DNA of 64,000 nucleotides from Vicugna vicugna (taxonomy: Eukaryota): NCBI GenBank assembly GCA_013265495.1, contig MU058213.1, positions 620,001 to 684,000 of the forward strand. Reading direction: 5' to 3'. Made by a program: the position numbers and the translations under genes. Of this stretch, positions 43,500 to 57,199 are shown in pieces; positions within the stretch are counted from its first letter, which is position 1, and every line of letters starts with the position of its first letter. The notes under the pieces are model-generated. The model was not told where the DNA came from and made no database searches. It worked only from the letters and a program-made list of their open reading frames with translations.

Positions 43500-44513
43500 T
43501 AAATTGATCCTAAGTCAGAAAAATATTTTATTTTCAATAATCCATAATGTGAGTTTTATTTTTAAATTGTTTGTGGTAAGATAATATAGAAGTCTTAAAT
43601 ATTTAGTAATGGATTTTTTGAATTTCTGCTAAATGTACTGCTATCTTTGAATAGCCTTTATGTAATTTAATATTTAATTGTTACTGCTTAGGATATACAT
43701 AATGAGAAAAGTTAAATGCTACTTTGAAACAGGAAGTAGTTAATGTTGAAATTTGTTTACTTGTTGCATTTTCTACTCCTCAAACATTGAGGTATTTGTG
43801 AGTTTGTTTACATACATCTGCCAACCAGTTATTTTTTTCTCAGTATGAACATTCCTACCATCTGTGTATAGTTCTTTCTTCACATGCCCAGATGTCTTCC
43901 AGTCTCCACATTTTCTATCATACTTAGTTAAGTCATCCGGTCTCTTTTCTATTTCCTCCTCCCCAACTCCCAGTGTTTTCATGTGTGTTTCAGTCTGCCT
44001 CTGCTTGGGCATGGTGTGGTCACCTTGCTGTAATGTGTCAGTAAGAGGATACCACATTCAGTAGCACATATATATGGAGAGTGGGGTTTTTTTTGTTTTT
44101 GTTTTGGTTTTTTTTTCTCTTCATGCTGATGAGTTCCAGCAAGCTTTCTTCTAGTTTGCCTTACTACCAGTAAAGTGAAAATCTGTAAGACACCTGATTG
44201 AGATTAGAGATCTGCATTTTATGGCCAGTGTTGAAATTGAACTATTAGACATGCCAGCCATTCAGATGTTTACGTGTAGTTTGTGTACTTATATACTACA
44301 TTGGTAATTACCGAATATTGCTTCGTACTGCTTTCTGTAGTAACAGAGCTTACATATCCATTAAGATTATAAGTTCCTGGAGGAAAGCTCAACTTACACT
44401 CCTGTTATCCCCTCATAGACCTAACGAGCACGGTGCTTTGACCTAAAAGGCGCTCAGTGAATTTGAAAGTGAAATCACCTAGACTAATACTAATGTATAA
44501 TTTTTTTTTTCAG

Positions 44514-45615
44514 GTACCATGACTGTCAGTTTTCAGAGCATGATTGGCCTATACATAATAACTTTGACATTGATGAAGTTCAGCTTGACCCAAGAGCTCT
44601 GTCTGATGTCACTGATGAAGAAGAAGTACAAGTTGATCCTCGAAAATATTTGGATGGAGATCGTGAAAAGTATTTGGAGGATCCAGCTTTTGACACCAAT
44701 TACTCTACTGAGCCTTGTTGGCAGTACCCAGATCATCATGAAAACAAATATTGTGATCTGGAGTGTAGCCATACTTGTAACTACAAAATGAGGTCGTCAT
44801 CATATTTAGATAACTTAGTTTGGAGAGAGAGTGAAGTTAATCATTACTATGAACCGAAGCTTATTATAGATCTTTCCAATTGGAAGGAACAAAGCAAAGA
44901 AAAATCTGATAAGAGAGGCAAGTCAAAATGTGAAAGGAATGGGTTGGTTAAAGCCCAGATAGCTCTGGAGGAAGCATCACAGCAACTGACTGAAAAAGAA
45001 AGGGAGAAGAATCAGGGGTTTGACTTTGATTCCTTTATTGCAGGAACTATTCAGCTTAGCTCACAACATGAGCCTACTGATGTTGTTGACAAATTAAATG
45101 ACTTGAATAGCTCAGTGTCCCAACTAGAATTGAAAAGTTTGATATCAAAGTCAGTAAGCCGAGAAAAACAGGAAAAAGGAATGGCGAATTTGGCTCAGTT
45201 AGGAGCCCTGTACCAGTCTTCTTGGGATAGCCAGTTTGTGGGTAGTAGGGAGGACTGTTTTCTTATAAATCAGTTTTGTTGTGAGGTAAGGAAGGATGAG
45301 CAAATTGAAAAGGAAAACACTTACACCAGTTACTTGGACAAGTTCTTTAGCAGGAAAGAAGATACCGAGATGCTAGAAACTGAGCCGGCAGAGGATGGGA
45401 AGCTTGGGGAGAGAGGAAATGAGGAAGGATTTCTGAACAACAGTGGGGAGTTCCTCTTTAACAAGCAGCTTGAATCCATAGGTATCCCGCAGTTTCACAG
45501 TCCAGTTGGGTCACCACTTAAGTCGATACAGGCCACATTAACACCTTCTGCTATGAAATCTTCCCCTCAGATTCCTCATAAAACATACAGCAGCATTCTG
45601 AAACATCTGAACTAA
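44514..45615 (+). CDS. MAPK6: MAPK6 exon 6 coding part (C34 region and C-terminal tail)
   Basis: Acceptor tttttttcag|G. Continues YHDCQFSEHDWP... to ...YSSILKHLN-TAA (45613-45615). The long tail distinguishes ERK3 from ERK4. Total CDS 555+145+165+202+1102=2169 nt. Confidence 0.99.
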
Positions 45616-46885
45616 AACACTTAGCAGACATTTCTCTTTGTATTCTTCATGAAAAGTGTTTTGTCTTTTTATTACTAGTGTTTTAAGTCATTTTTTTACT
45701 TGAATCAGATGGTGTCATTTAGAAAGGATTTTATTCTTGGTTTTTAAAATCCAGACTTTTTTCCTACATGTGAGATGGTTTTCATTTTAACTGGCATGTC
45801 GTTTGCACACAAAAATAAAGAATAGAGCAAAATAATGCAATGCAGGAGAAGACGAAAGAAATGCACTAAGACAAGTAAAAATACATTCTCTCATAGAACA
45901 ATGATCTGTTTTACAGGAAACAAAAATCTTGCCTTGAAATTTACACAGTGAGACTGTACATAATTGCATGAAAATATCTATTTTTTTCCTAAAACATTTT
46001 TCATTCATGAGTATTTTCAAGTTTTTCATACTGTACACATTTCTTAAAAACACATGATACCAGCAGCAACTGAAAATGAATGCCGAATTTGGTACACATG
46101 TGTTATCTACCTCAAGGTAACAGAAGTATGTGGCGAAACATATACCACCCATAGTGCTTCACAGTACGCACTTCTATTTAGCCAGCGTTTAATGTAGTAA
46201 ACTATTCTTAATAAGATTCACTCACCGTTTATAAATGTCCTGGTATGCATTCTTTATAGTGAAGTATTCCTACGTCACATCTTATTTATTTTAGCAAATC
46301 AGTATATTTTCTGTATTTAATTATAAAATGTTAACTTAGTTTTTGAAATTTATTTGCAAATACACTTTTTCCATTTGGCACTATGGTTTGTTGCCTACTT
46401 AGCTGAATATATAATGTCAGCTTATCCTAAGGCTGTCCACGTACTTAATTTACTTAAGTATTCATTTTAAGTAAAGCGCTCACTGTGTATAGGAATTTGT
46501 ATTTTGGAGGTGCTTGATCTATCTACAAAGAAAAATTAGGAATTACTTTATTATCAGATGCTCCTAGAAGTCTTAATTGTGTTTATTTTTAAAAAAAAAA
46601 AACCTGTAATGTTAGACTTGTGTGCATGGAAGTAATTAAGGTACATCATTATTGTAGTTTAAAAGTTGTACATGATAAGACATATTTTGTTTTTACTGTA
46701 TGTTTTTACTGAATGATCTATTCCCCATCCCAAGGCAAGCATGAATAAAATTAGGTTAAATGTAGCATGTGGCATTGTAGTCTCTTAGAATTTGTTTCAT
46801 CTATTTTATTGAGTACCGTCTGTATCTTTGATTATCCTGTTTGAAGGGAAAAAAAGGACAAATAAAACATGGCCAGCAAATATGG
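45616..46885 (+). other. MAPK6: MAPK6 3' UTR
   Basis: AT-rich, repeat-free sequence after the stop codon. AATAAA at 45814, 46744 and 46861; end inferred about 20 nt after the last one. Confidence 0.8.
46861..46866 (+). terminator. Probable distal polyadenylation signal of MAPK6
   Basis: AATAAA followed about 25 nt later by T-rich sequence (cctgtttaactcttt). Alternative signal at 46744-46749. Confidence 0.7.
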
Positions 46886-47439
46886 CTCCTGTTTAACTCT
46901 TTAGGTAATGAAAACTACCTCCTGAAATGAAGAGCACTAGCAGAATCTTACCTAGTTCCACTTTTCAGCATCTTTAAATTGTGGCTATACTTTAAACTAC
47001 ATTAGGCTAAAAGTCTTAAAAGAAAAAAAGTCTTTGTCTTTACACAAAAATCTCGTGTTGACTTAACTTCACACATTAAAATGAAATAAACCTTTATAGA
47101 TTTCAAAACTGTTATGTAAGATTTGTGTGGAAACTTTTAACTTTGCAGTTGGAGGAACCTTTAAATGTATTACGATAGATCGTCTTTTCTTTGTTCAAGA
47201 ACTTATTCATCTATCCAGATATTCTTCCTTAACCTCACTTTTCTGTTTGTCTTCCTTTCCTGTTTTGAACATAGTCAGTTCTCTTAATATCTGGACTTCT
47301 TGTCACTGACCTACTTATTGCTTTCATCTGGATTCACAAATGTGTTTAAAACGCAGATATTTTCTGGATGAATATCATTGTCACATGTGAATTTAAATAT
47401 ATACTCAAGTTACCTTAAAAAGGCAAGCTCTTGGGAAGC

Positions 47440-49790
47440 TTTCAGTTTTTCACCCTTTGGTACGATGTTAGCTGTGGATTTTCACATGTAGCTTTTATTA
47501 TGTTGAAGTAATTTCCTTCTGTTCCTATTTTGTTGAAAGTTTTTCAAATCATGAGTAGGTGTTGAATTTTGTCAAGTGCTTTTTCTCTATCAATTGAGAT
47601 AATCATGGGTTTTGTCCTCCATCCTGATAATGTGGTACATTACACTGATTGATTTTCATACGTTGAACCATTCTTGTATTCTAGGAATCTAGGAATTCAT
47701 AATGGGTAATTCTTTTGATGTGCTGTTGGATTCAGTTTGCTAGTATTTTTTTGAGGGCTTTTATATCAATATTCATCAGGTATATTGGTCTGTAGTTTTC
47801 TTACGTCTTCGTACGATTTTGGTATCAGGACAGTGCTGACTTCATAGAATGAGTTTCGAAGTATTCCCTCTTCAGGTTTTTTGGAAGAGTTTGAGGAGGA
47901 CTGGTATTGATTCTTCTTTAAATGTTAGGTAGACTGCTTTCATGAAGCCATCTGGTCCTGGGCTTTTCTTTGTTGGGAAGTTTTTGATGATTGATTCAAT
48001 CTCCTTACTAGTTGTAGATCTGTTCAGATTTTTATTTTCTTCACAATTCACTCTTCGTAGGTTTGCACATTTAGATTTATCCGTTCCTTCTAGGTTATCC
48101 AATTTGTTGGCATACAGTTGTTCATTATAGTCTCATCCCTTTCTGCATCAGCTGTAATATCTCCTTTGATTTCTGATTTATGTTGAATCCTTTTTCTCTT
48201 ACTGTAGCTAGGCATTTATTGAATTTGTATCTTTTGTATTCTCTATTTTGTTTCTGTTCTAATTTTTATTATTTCCTTCCTTCTGATAACTTTGGGTTTA
48301 GTTCTTTTTTCCCCTTGTTCCTTGGAGTGTAAAGTTGGATTATTGTTTGAAGCCTTAAAAAAAATTTATGTTTTAAAGTGGTTTTAGGTTCACAGGAAAA
48401 ATGAAGGCAGAAAGTACAAAGATTTCTGGTATACCTACTGTCCCCACACATGCATAGCCTCCCGCGTTATCAACATCCCCCATCAGAGTGGTGAATCTGT
48501 TATAATTGGTGAGTATACATTGACACATCAGTATCACTGTAAGTCCATAGTTCACATTAATTAGTGTTTACTCTTGGTATTGTACATACTGTAGGTTTGG
48601 ACAAGTGTATAATGATATGTATCCACCATTATATCATACAGAGTCGTTTCACTGCCCTAAAAATCCTGTGCTCTGCCTACTCATCTTCCTCCCCTCAACC
48701 GAAGTGATGACTGACCTTTTTACTCTCCATTCTCTTGCCTTTTCTAGAATGTTAGATTTTGGAATCATACTGTATGTAGCCTTTTCAGACTGGCTTCTAA
48801 TATGTATTGGTCCACTTAATTTGTCCCATAAGTCCCTTAGGCTTTCTTGTTCATTCTTTTTTTTTTTTGTTTGTTTCTTGTTGAACTGTTTTCCAGTACA
48901 CTGATTCTTCTGCTTGATCAAGTCTGATGTTGATCCTCTAGTGAATTTACAGTTTCTAAATGTTGGGTCCTCATTTTACTCATGCACTGTTTTCCTAATT
49001 TTGTGTATTGTAGCACACTGATTATTAAGATGATTATTTATGATTATTACGGTGATTATTTCAGCTTGCAAAGTAATTCATAGATCTCCATTTCTATTTG
49101 GTCAGTTTAATAGAGATTTGTTTCTTTGGGCCATGCTTCCTGTTTCTTTATGTGACTTGTTACTTTTTGTTCTGATTTTTGTATTTGGAAAAACAGGTAC
49201 CTCTGCCTGTCTTTACAGACTGCTTGGTACTGGGGAATAGCCACCAATCATCCCAGCTAGAGATTCTCAGACCTTTTACAGGGTTGTGTATCGCTATACT
49301 TGTGCGTGTATCCCCTCTCAACCCTCCACCCCAACACCAGGTTTAGCAGTTTCTTTTCCAGGAGATGGTAGTCTCGCTCTGTTTGGTGTCTGAGGTACTG
49401 CAAGTTCTCTGGCGCTGCCACAGTCCCGTGAGCTCTCTTGTTCTTGGTGGCCCCCAGGCATCCAAAGGTGTGCTTTAAGCCAAGTCAGACTGAAATCAGC
49501 CTTTTGAGCGGCCCCCCAAAGCCTAGAACATTGGACAATTGTTCTAGTCCTCTCTTATCCCTCCTCAGGGTGAAGCTACAAGGTGGCTTGAGGGAGGGTT
49601 GAGGTGGTTGAAATAAAACAGCTTTTCTTACTCATTTAAATGTACCTGCTCTTGGCTTTGAGATTGTCTGGGGGTACTGTGACTTCCTACCTGGTTTCTG
49701 GAGTTCTCATACAGGTTTTTCTGGACCCTATATTGTTAAGTCAGTTTTTCTATGGCATAGTGAGGCCTAAAGGTTCCTATTCTGCCTTCA
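47440..49790 (-). mobile_element. L1 fragments (ORF2 and 5' region) with a nested L1 3' end at ~48360-48800
   Basis: Minus ORF 47872-48102 (LNRSTTSKEIESIIKNFPTKKSPGPDGF) is L1 ORF2; 48649-48921 (EQESLRDLWDK) is ORF1-like. Confidence 0.85.
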
Positions 49791-52769
49791 TAAGTCCAAA
49801 AATAATTTACTTTTTAAATGACTAATTCTGACGTAGAGGAATGTTATAGCTGTGGTGCAGCTTTCAGACTTTTGGGATGATCTATGTCATGAGATTAGTC
49901 ACATCTCTAAACTGATGGCTTGGCATCACAAGTTTTAGAGCTATTTGTTAATCTTAGAAGGCTTAATTTGGAGACAGCAAACCCCCCTCCTCCCTCACTC
50001 CGTACTACACACCCACATACGTTTTTTTTTTGGTTATTTAAGATTTCAAACATACAGAAAAATTGTGTCAATTAAAAAAATGTATATACCACTTGCTTTA
50101 TCAGTTCATCTGATGTCAATTTGCATCAGATAAACACCTACAGATAGGATTGCAGCCCTGTCTAACCCTCCCACATCTTACTTCCCTGCCCCTCTCCTCA
50201 GGTAGACACTTTTCTGAATTTTAGTTATCATTCTCTTGTAGTTTACTTTTACTAATGATTTTGTAAACATGTAATATTTTGTATATTTTAAAGTCTCATA
50301 TTCATTTTTTTCAACTTGCGATTTTTCACTCAACATGTCTCAAATTTCTGCTGATGCATGTAGCTCTAATTCCATTTTAATTGCTGTGTTGCAATGTATC
50401 CATTTTTAAAATACTTGTTTTCAGAATTTTGCTGCTACAAACATGTTTGCAGTGAGAATTCTTACAAACATGTAGAAGAGTGTCTTCAGGGTGTATATCT
50501 ACAAGTATAATTGTTGGGTTACGGAGAATGCGAATCTTCTAGTCTGTGAGATGTATTGCTGTCCAAAAGTGAGTGTATTGATTTACAGCCTTACCAGCAG
50601 TTGAGAGTTCCTGTTCATTCACTTCCTCTCAAATAAGAAACCAAGTCTTTCCCATTCAATTAACCCTACCAGGCTTGCTGGGTTTAGTTTACTTTAACTA
50701 CAGCAGGAATCGGAATTTCTAATCCCAAATAACCGCACGACAAAGTCATGACTACACCTTAAGGATCCGTATGCAGCCACCTCAGTGATGATAGTCTCGC
50801 TTCTTATTTCCTACTGCATTCGTTGCAGCTTGGGAACAGGTGGTTTATATCATAAAGACTGAACCAATTTTATAATTTATACTGGGGCTTACATCTAAGG
50901 AGTAGGAAGAGCATTATGAATCAAATAGTGTTTTTAAAATAAAATCCAGTATGGTATCACCTTTGCTCCTAGGTTAAAATAGTGTAGGTTTTGCACAGTA
51001 TTGTTCCTTATAAAATTACTTTATTAAAAAGTACTGTTTTTCATCAGATGCTGTGGTGTGTATTAGGTTGCTTATTTAATTAGTGAGCTGGTTGTCACGT
51101 TCTTTGAATTGCTCACTTCCTAATACCAGCCTTTTCAACTCCCATTTACTGTTGAATTCAAAACAGAGGGTCTACCCTAAAATGGGTTTATCATATATCT
51201 AATATTAGTAACTTTAGTTTTACCCTATGCCTGTTCACATTAGGATTGCTTATTATTCAAGTCTAATATTAAAATCTGGATAGGGAAGAAAAAGGACAAA
51301 CTGGGAACTGGGAGATCAAAATTCTGGACCCTCTTTCATCGACTCACTCTGTCACTTGAGTGTCACTTACTCTATGGACCTAGGTTCCTTGTTAACTTAG
51401 AAGATGCAAATTAGTTGAGCTTAACAATGCAGCCTACCTGGTACAACTCAACAGGACAGCGCCTTGTGGAATCCTAACCTGCTCTAATAGCCACGATGAT
51501 TAGCCCTTACTGATACATATTGCTTATAGGCCTTAGTTCTGAAATAGCTGTGTTGAACTAAGTGCATTAACGTGTCTTAAGCAGAGTGAGAATGAAATTT
51601 TCTGTTCAATGCACCGTTGCCATTTGATGAAGGAAAAGGAAGGTATTGGAAGCCCAAGGTTGTTTACCTTTTGAAGGAGTATTGTGAGATCACCAAGCTC
51701 TTTCCTCATAGTGCCTAGGGCGGGCTCCTTAAATAAGCCAAGTGAAGAGAAGGATCTTTATTAGCTCTTCCAACGCTTGGTATGTAACAAGTATCTTATA
51801 GAAAAGGTGACTGATTACCCACGTTGGAGCACTGTCTCCGTTCCAGTGCAGAGGTCTAACAGTCAAATTCCGTTGCATTTGCATGTTTATCCTTGATGCT
51901 TTGGTACAATGTGGTGGCAGTGTTACAAACCTAGCTAAGCAGAATACTTACCTTCTATTACAGCTGTCTGCATCTGCTGTGCCTTGCTTATTTATTAGCT
52001 TTTGGTGCTGCTGCAGTAGGGTGAATGTGGAACTTTGCCAGAGCCTGGGCTCCTGATCCAAACTGCAGCCCAAGCCTGTTTCTTCACGCCCAGCTTAAAC
52101 CGCAAGCTTGGATCCAAATTTGTCTGTATACTTGGACCCTGCTTCCACTTGTGCTTACCGCTCCCACAGAGTCAGATCCAAACTAAAAACTGCCTTCCAC
52201 CGCTTACCAGCCATGTGTAAGTTATTCACCCCCTTGAGTTTCCTCACTTGTAAAATAGGGCTAATGACACCTAATTAGCATTGTAAGAATTAAATGAGAT
52301 GCTATACTCAACGTCTTTCAGCAGAATGCCTCTTATTTCATAAATTATCATTGGTCTTGTCCCGTTTGAATGATTGCCTTTGCCTCGCAAATTAGACTGA
52401 AACTGAACTCTGGCCTTGACTTTGCTTTCAGTATTTCCCCTTATCTTGGTATCTTACCATCTGGCTTTGACCTACAGATGCCTTCTGTTCCAGTCACATT
52501 GTTCATCAGCTCTGCCCAATGCCTGGCTCCAGTTTTCGGTCTGTGTCAGCCCAGACCCTTGCTTGAGCTACTTCAGCACAGGCAGCTCTCAGATCCATGA
52601 AGACCAGACTGCGTTTGTATCCACTTTCTGTACTTGCTGTAAAAATAGTCCATATTGCATTGAGAAGGAGCATCTTCATTGGAAGCCAAAAGCCTACAAG
52701 TCATTTTGTACTCCTTTCTTGGAAAACCCACATCCAATCCCTCAGTGAGTCTTCGACACTATCCAGAGT

Positions 52770-53445
52770 CAGACTGCTTCTCACCATCACCATGGCTGCT
52801 GCGTGATCTAATCCACCACCATGTGTCTGCTGGACTCCGGCCATAGCTTCCTAACTGTTCTCCCTGGCTCCCCTACAGTTTGTCTCAATGCAGCAGCCAG
52901 GTGAGCCTTTTAAATCCTAAGTCAGACCATGTCACTCTTCTAGTGACCCAAAAATCTCAGTGACTCCTCCCCTCCTCAGAGTAAATGTGAAAGTCCTTAC
53001 CAAGACCTACAAGGCACCCTCCACCACCCCTTGCCCAGCTCACATGGCTCCAATCATACAGGCTCCCACTGGCTCCAGCCTTAGGGTGTTTACTAGCCCT
53101 TCCCTCCGTCTGGAAAGCTCTTGGCCCAGAGAGCTGCATCACTTTCTCCTGCTGTCTTAGAAGTCTGTTCAAATACACCTTATTTCAGAGGCTGTGCCTG
53201 ACCCGTGTATGTAAAATAACACATAGCCACCATCCCTGCACACCTGCCCTGCTTGATTTGTCTTTCCAGCACATACACCCACATGTTATATCCTGATTTT
53301 ATATCATCTCTCTCCCTCCACTTAGACCATAAGCTCCTTGAGGCAAGAACTTCATCAGTTTTGCTCCCAGCTGTATCCCCAGCCCCTAGCACAGTGCTTG
53401 GCACATAGTAAGCACTCAGTAGTCGTTGAATGAATGAAGTCATGA
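52770..53445. mobile_element. L2 LINE 3' fragment
   Basis: aagctccttgaggcaagaac...cctagcacagtgcttggcacatagtaagcactcag...tgaatgaatgaa. Confidence 0.8.
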
Positions 53446-54932
53446 AGGAAATGAATGATGACTGCTATTGTCTAAATTCCTTCTAGGCTGATAGGAATCA
53501 GGGCAGTGAGATTCTACTGATATTTCTGAGGTTTGCTTAATAGTTTTGAGGTTAAGTTATAGTGCTGATGATTCTCCAACTTTCTGTAATTTGCAGTGTG
53601 GAGTCTGTAACTTTGAGGTTCCTTTGCGGTGACTCTCCGAACAAGCAAGCAGAAATTCTCCGAAAATACTGTCTGGTCCTGCAGGCTCATTATCCTGAAT
53701 TGCATTTTCAAATGTGGGTGCAGTTTAACTGGACGACTGTATTGCTCCTGACTCAGCTGCTTACCTATTTTCCTGTTCTCTTTGTTGGAATGACTCTACT
53801 TGTCAGCATTGCACAATATGTTCATGATCCAGTTAAGCCAGTGCAAGGTGGTTTATTTTTTAACTCCCCTGTTCTATGCCTGTGAATCGTAACCCTGCCA
53901 AATGAGCCTGGCCTAGATTATATGTTTAGTTAAGGATCTTTGACAACAGAAACTATCTCATGCTAGACTATGAATATTTATCAGGATTCAAGGATGACTC
54001 AAGGAGCCCAAGAACTGGGTCTCAAGAAGAACCAGAACCAGGCTGGAGGGTACCAGCAGCCCAAGGAGGTTTGGGCTGTTTCTCAGCTCTGCCTCATTCT
54101 TTCTAGATCAACGAGGCTTCCTGGTCCAAAGATGGCTGCTCATAGCTCCAACTTCAAATGCAACTGTTCTGGCTCTACAGAATTCTTCTGTCTAGCTGTC
54201 CATCCCTCTATTTCTCTCTTTTACTTTAAAGTTTCTCTGGGAAAAAACCATATTGGTCCACTCCCAGTTAACTATATGACCAGGTGGCAGAACTGTGTTG
54301 GGGAAACACTGCTGCTGGGAGTCAACCCCTGTTAAAGGAGAACGGAAGGCAGGTAGGAGGGTTGTTTTTAGCTGACTGTCCCCCTGTGTGCCTGCAACAT
54401 ATGGTAACAAACCCTCTCCTGCTTCTTGTATTTTAGTCACCTGTCGACCATTCTGAAGGGCAATGCTTCTCTAACTGGACCCACTGGGGTCCTCCAGGCA
54501 TTGATTTCACTGGCTTGTCTCTTGTTGGGTTCATCAAAGCAACCTAAAGCTTTATCAATCACAATTCTTGTGTACAATGTTTGATGATTTCTAGAGCATA
54601 CTTCTATACTTCACGTGAGTCTCAAAATAACCCTAGGAGAGCAAGTAGACCAGATATTGTCTCCATTTGCAAGTTAAGGATATAGAAATAGAAAAATCAA
54701 GTAACTCGCCCAAGTTTGGGCAGTGGTGGAATCAGGACTAGAATTAGGCCACCTAATTCTTAGGTGTTCTTTTCAGTTTTTTTTTCTATTATTAGAATAA
54801 AAATTTCCTTAAATCCTCTGCTAAATGTCACACCGTTCAATATATTTCTTTTTTTGTTGGTGGTATTAAATATTGAATTACTGATATAGCAATTTCTTAC
54901 TTTAGTTTTAAAATACGTGTATATGTTCTTTT

Positions 54933-55054
54933 GGGAGGTCAGAAATTGTTTATTTATTTATTAAAAAAATTTTTAATAGAAGTACTGGGGATTGAACCCA
55001 GGACCTCATACATGCTAAGCACATGTTCTGCCACTGAGCTATATCCTCCCCCTT
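54933..55054 (-). mobile_element. tRNA-derived SINE (Vic-1-like)
   Basis: Minus-strand consensus. TSD TATATGTTCTTTT at 54920-54932 and 55055-55067. Confidence 0.9.
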
Positions 55055-55132
55055 TATATGTTCTTTTAATTTAATTTTTATACACCTATCACTTAACCAT
55101 TAATTATAATTCTTAAAATTATATTTCTTCAT

Positions 55133-56024
55133 TGTGAGATAATAGAAATATATATCTTGATCTTTGCCCCAGGTTTCTGGCAAAGAGTTTTTAAAACCTT
55201 GTTATTTCCTAAGTGATAAGACCATGAGGAGCATCTTGTGTTGTTAACATTTGGTCTTTGACCCCAGTTCTGACACAGAGTTCCTAAATCCCTTGGAATT
55301 TCCTGGGTGACAGCAGTGTCCTTTGTTTTAATGGAGTGTCTTTTGGTGGGCTCCTGGATGGGGGGCTGGTCACTAGAAAGACCCAGCCATGATCAGAAGC
55401 TCGAAGTTTTCAGCCCCACTCTCCATTCTCCAGAGGTAGGGGAGGGGCTGGAAATGGAGTTAATGATCGATCCTCCATAAAGATCCTAAAAGTGCGGGGT
55501 TCAGAGAGCTTCTGGGTTGGTAAACACATCTACATACTGGGATGGTGATGCACCCAGCGCCACGGGGAAGAAGCTCCTATGCTCAGGACCCTCCCAGGCT
55601 TCACCTGTGTATCTCTTCATCAGGTGGTTTATCTGTGTCCTTGATCATATCCCTTATTATGTAATAAACTGATAAACAAAAGTGTTTCCTTGAGTTCTAC
55701 GAGCTGTTCCAGCAATAATTAAATCCAAAGGGGAGGAGGTCATGGGAAACCCCCAATTTGTAGCCAAGTCAGACAGAAGGTGCAGGTGCTCTGGGACCTT
55801 GTGATTGGCATCTGAAGTGGGGGCAGTCTTGTGGGACTGAACCCTTAACCTGTGGGATCTGATGCTCTCTCCAGGTAGACTGTGTCAGAATTGAGTTAGA
55901 TTTTGGGATACCCAGCTGGTGTTGCAGCATTGGAAAATCCATCTGGTGTCAGTGTTGTGTGTGTGGTGGTAGAGTGAGAGGAAAGGAAAGACACACAGGA
56001 GAAGTGTAGGTTTTCTACTCATTC
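55133..56024. mobile_element. Solo LTR (MER21-like)
   Basis: TGTGAGATAATAGAAATATATAT start, internal direct repeat (tctttgccccagg / tctttgaccccag), gattggcatctgaagtgggggcagtcttgtgggactga. Confidence 0.75.
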
Positions 56025-57199
56025 ACTTGGTATTTTTACTTATGTTATCTCCTTATATGTCACCACAGTTGCATAATTTATGATTTCCCAACGTATTATG
56101 CCTGCAGTCTATTATCTTCTGGACTATAAGCTTCATGAGTATAGGGATGTTTGTTAGAGTCTTTCACTGATGTACCTTAGCACCCAGATCAGGGCCTGCA
56201 TATAGCAAATCCTCAGATATTTGTTGAATCTATTTTTGACTTAACACAAATACATAAATGTAATTTCACACATTTTTAGTGCATTTAATTTTCTTTGCTT
56301 GGTTCTCCCCCATTGTCTACTGTTCCTCTCAGAAAGCCCCAACATACATGCCTGGTAATCATCTGTGTCTTTACATTGTATTCCTATTTTATATACATAC
56401 AGATACAGATATATACACAATATACACAACATATGCAAATACCCTTTTTAGAGTTTAAAAAATGATTGTTTTTCAAAACTGCCATATTGTTGGAATAAAC
56501 TTCCTTGCCCATACTGCTTTAAGACTGGGAGCCTACCTGACTCATTGATTTAGCTACCTTCATGCACAGCAGGAGAAAACACAAAGGAGTTCTAAGATTT
56601 CTAACAAATTAAAATGTTACCTTATACACCATCTGGACTCACAGATGTGATTTGAGTTCTCTTGTCTTTAATGATCAATTAGCATAATAGAACTTGAGAA
56701 GTTCAAGCCCATGTTTCACAAAGTATACGTTAAAATTTTGAGGTCCTAATGTCTCAAAGAGACACTTTCATGATTACTAAGCATGCAACTTGGGATTTTA
56801 TTCTTCTGCGTGTTTCCATCACCAACTCTCTCATCATTATCAAATGTCTTCATCGTTTAGAAACTGTCTCCTTTTGCACCCACATCATCAGTCCTTTCCT
56901 TACCCATCTTAACTAGTGAGTGGAAAGGCATAAAGAGTTCTTTTACTTCTATTTTTTTTAACAATTAATAAAAACATTGAAAAATTAGAAAATACAGATA
57001 AGCAAATGGGAAAAATCCCCCATGACCCTATCACCTGGGTAAAAGCACTGTTAATTACTCTTCATACTTTGTACCCTCCCTCTCACCCTCTCTGCTTCCT
57101 TCCTTGTATTCTCTGAAGATAATTCCTTTATTTTTCCACATTTATGAAAGTATGAAAATAATTCAAAGGTCCATAAGGTAATTTCCCTTTTTCTCCCTC

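Noticed and set aside
50785..50862. C/D-box snoRNA-like spacing (GTGATGA ... CTGA)
   Set aside because: No terminal stem, not within an evident host intron and no recognisable rRNA antisense guide; likely chance.
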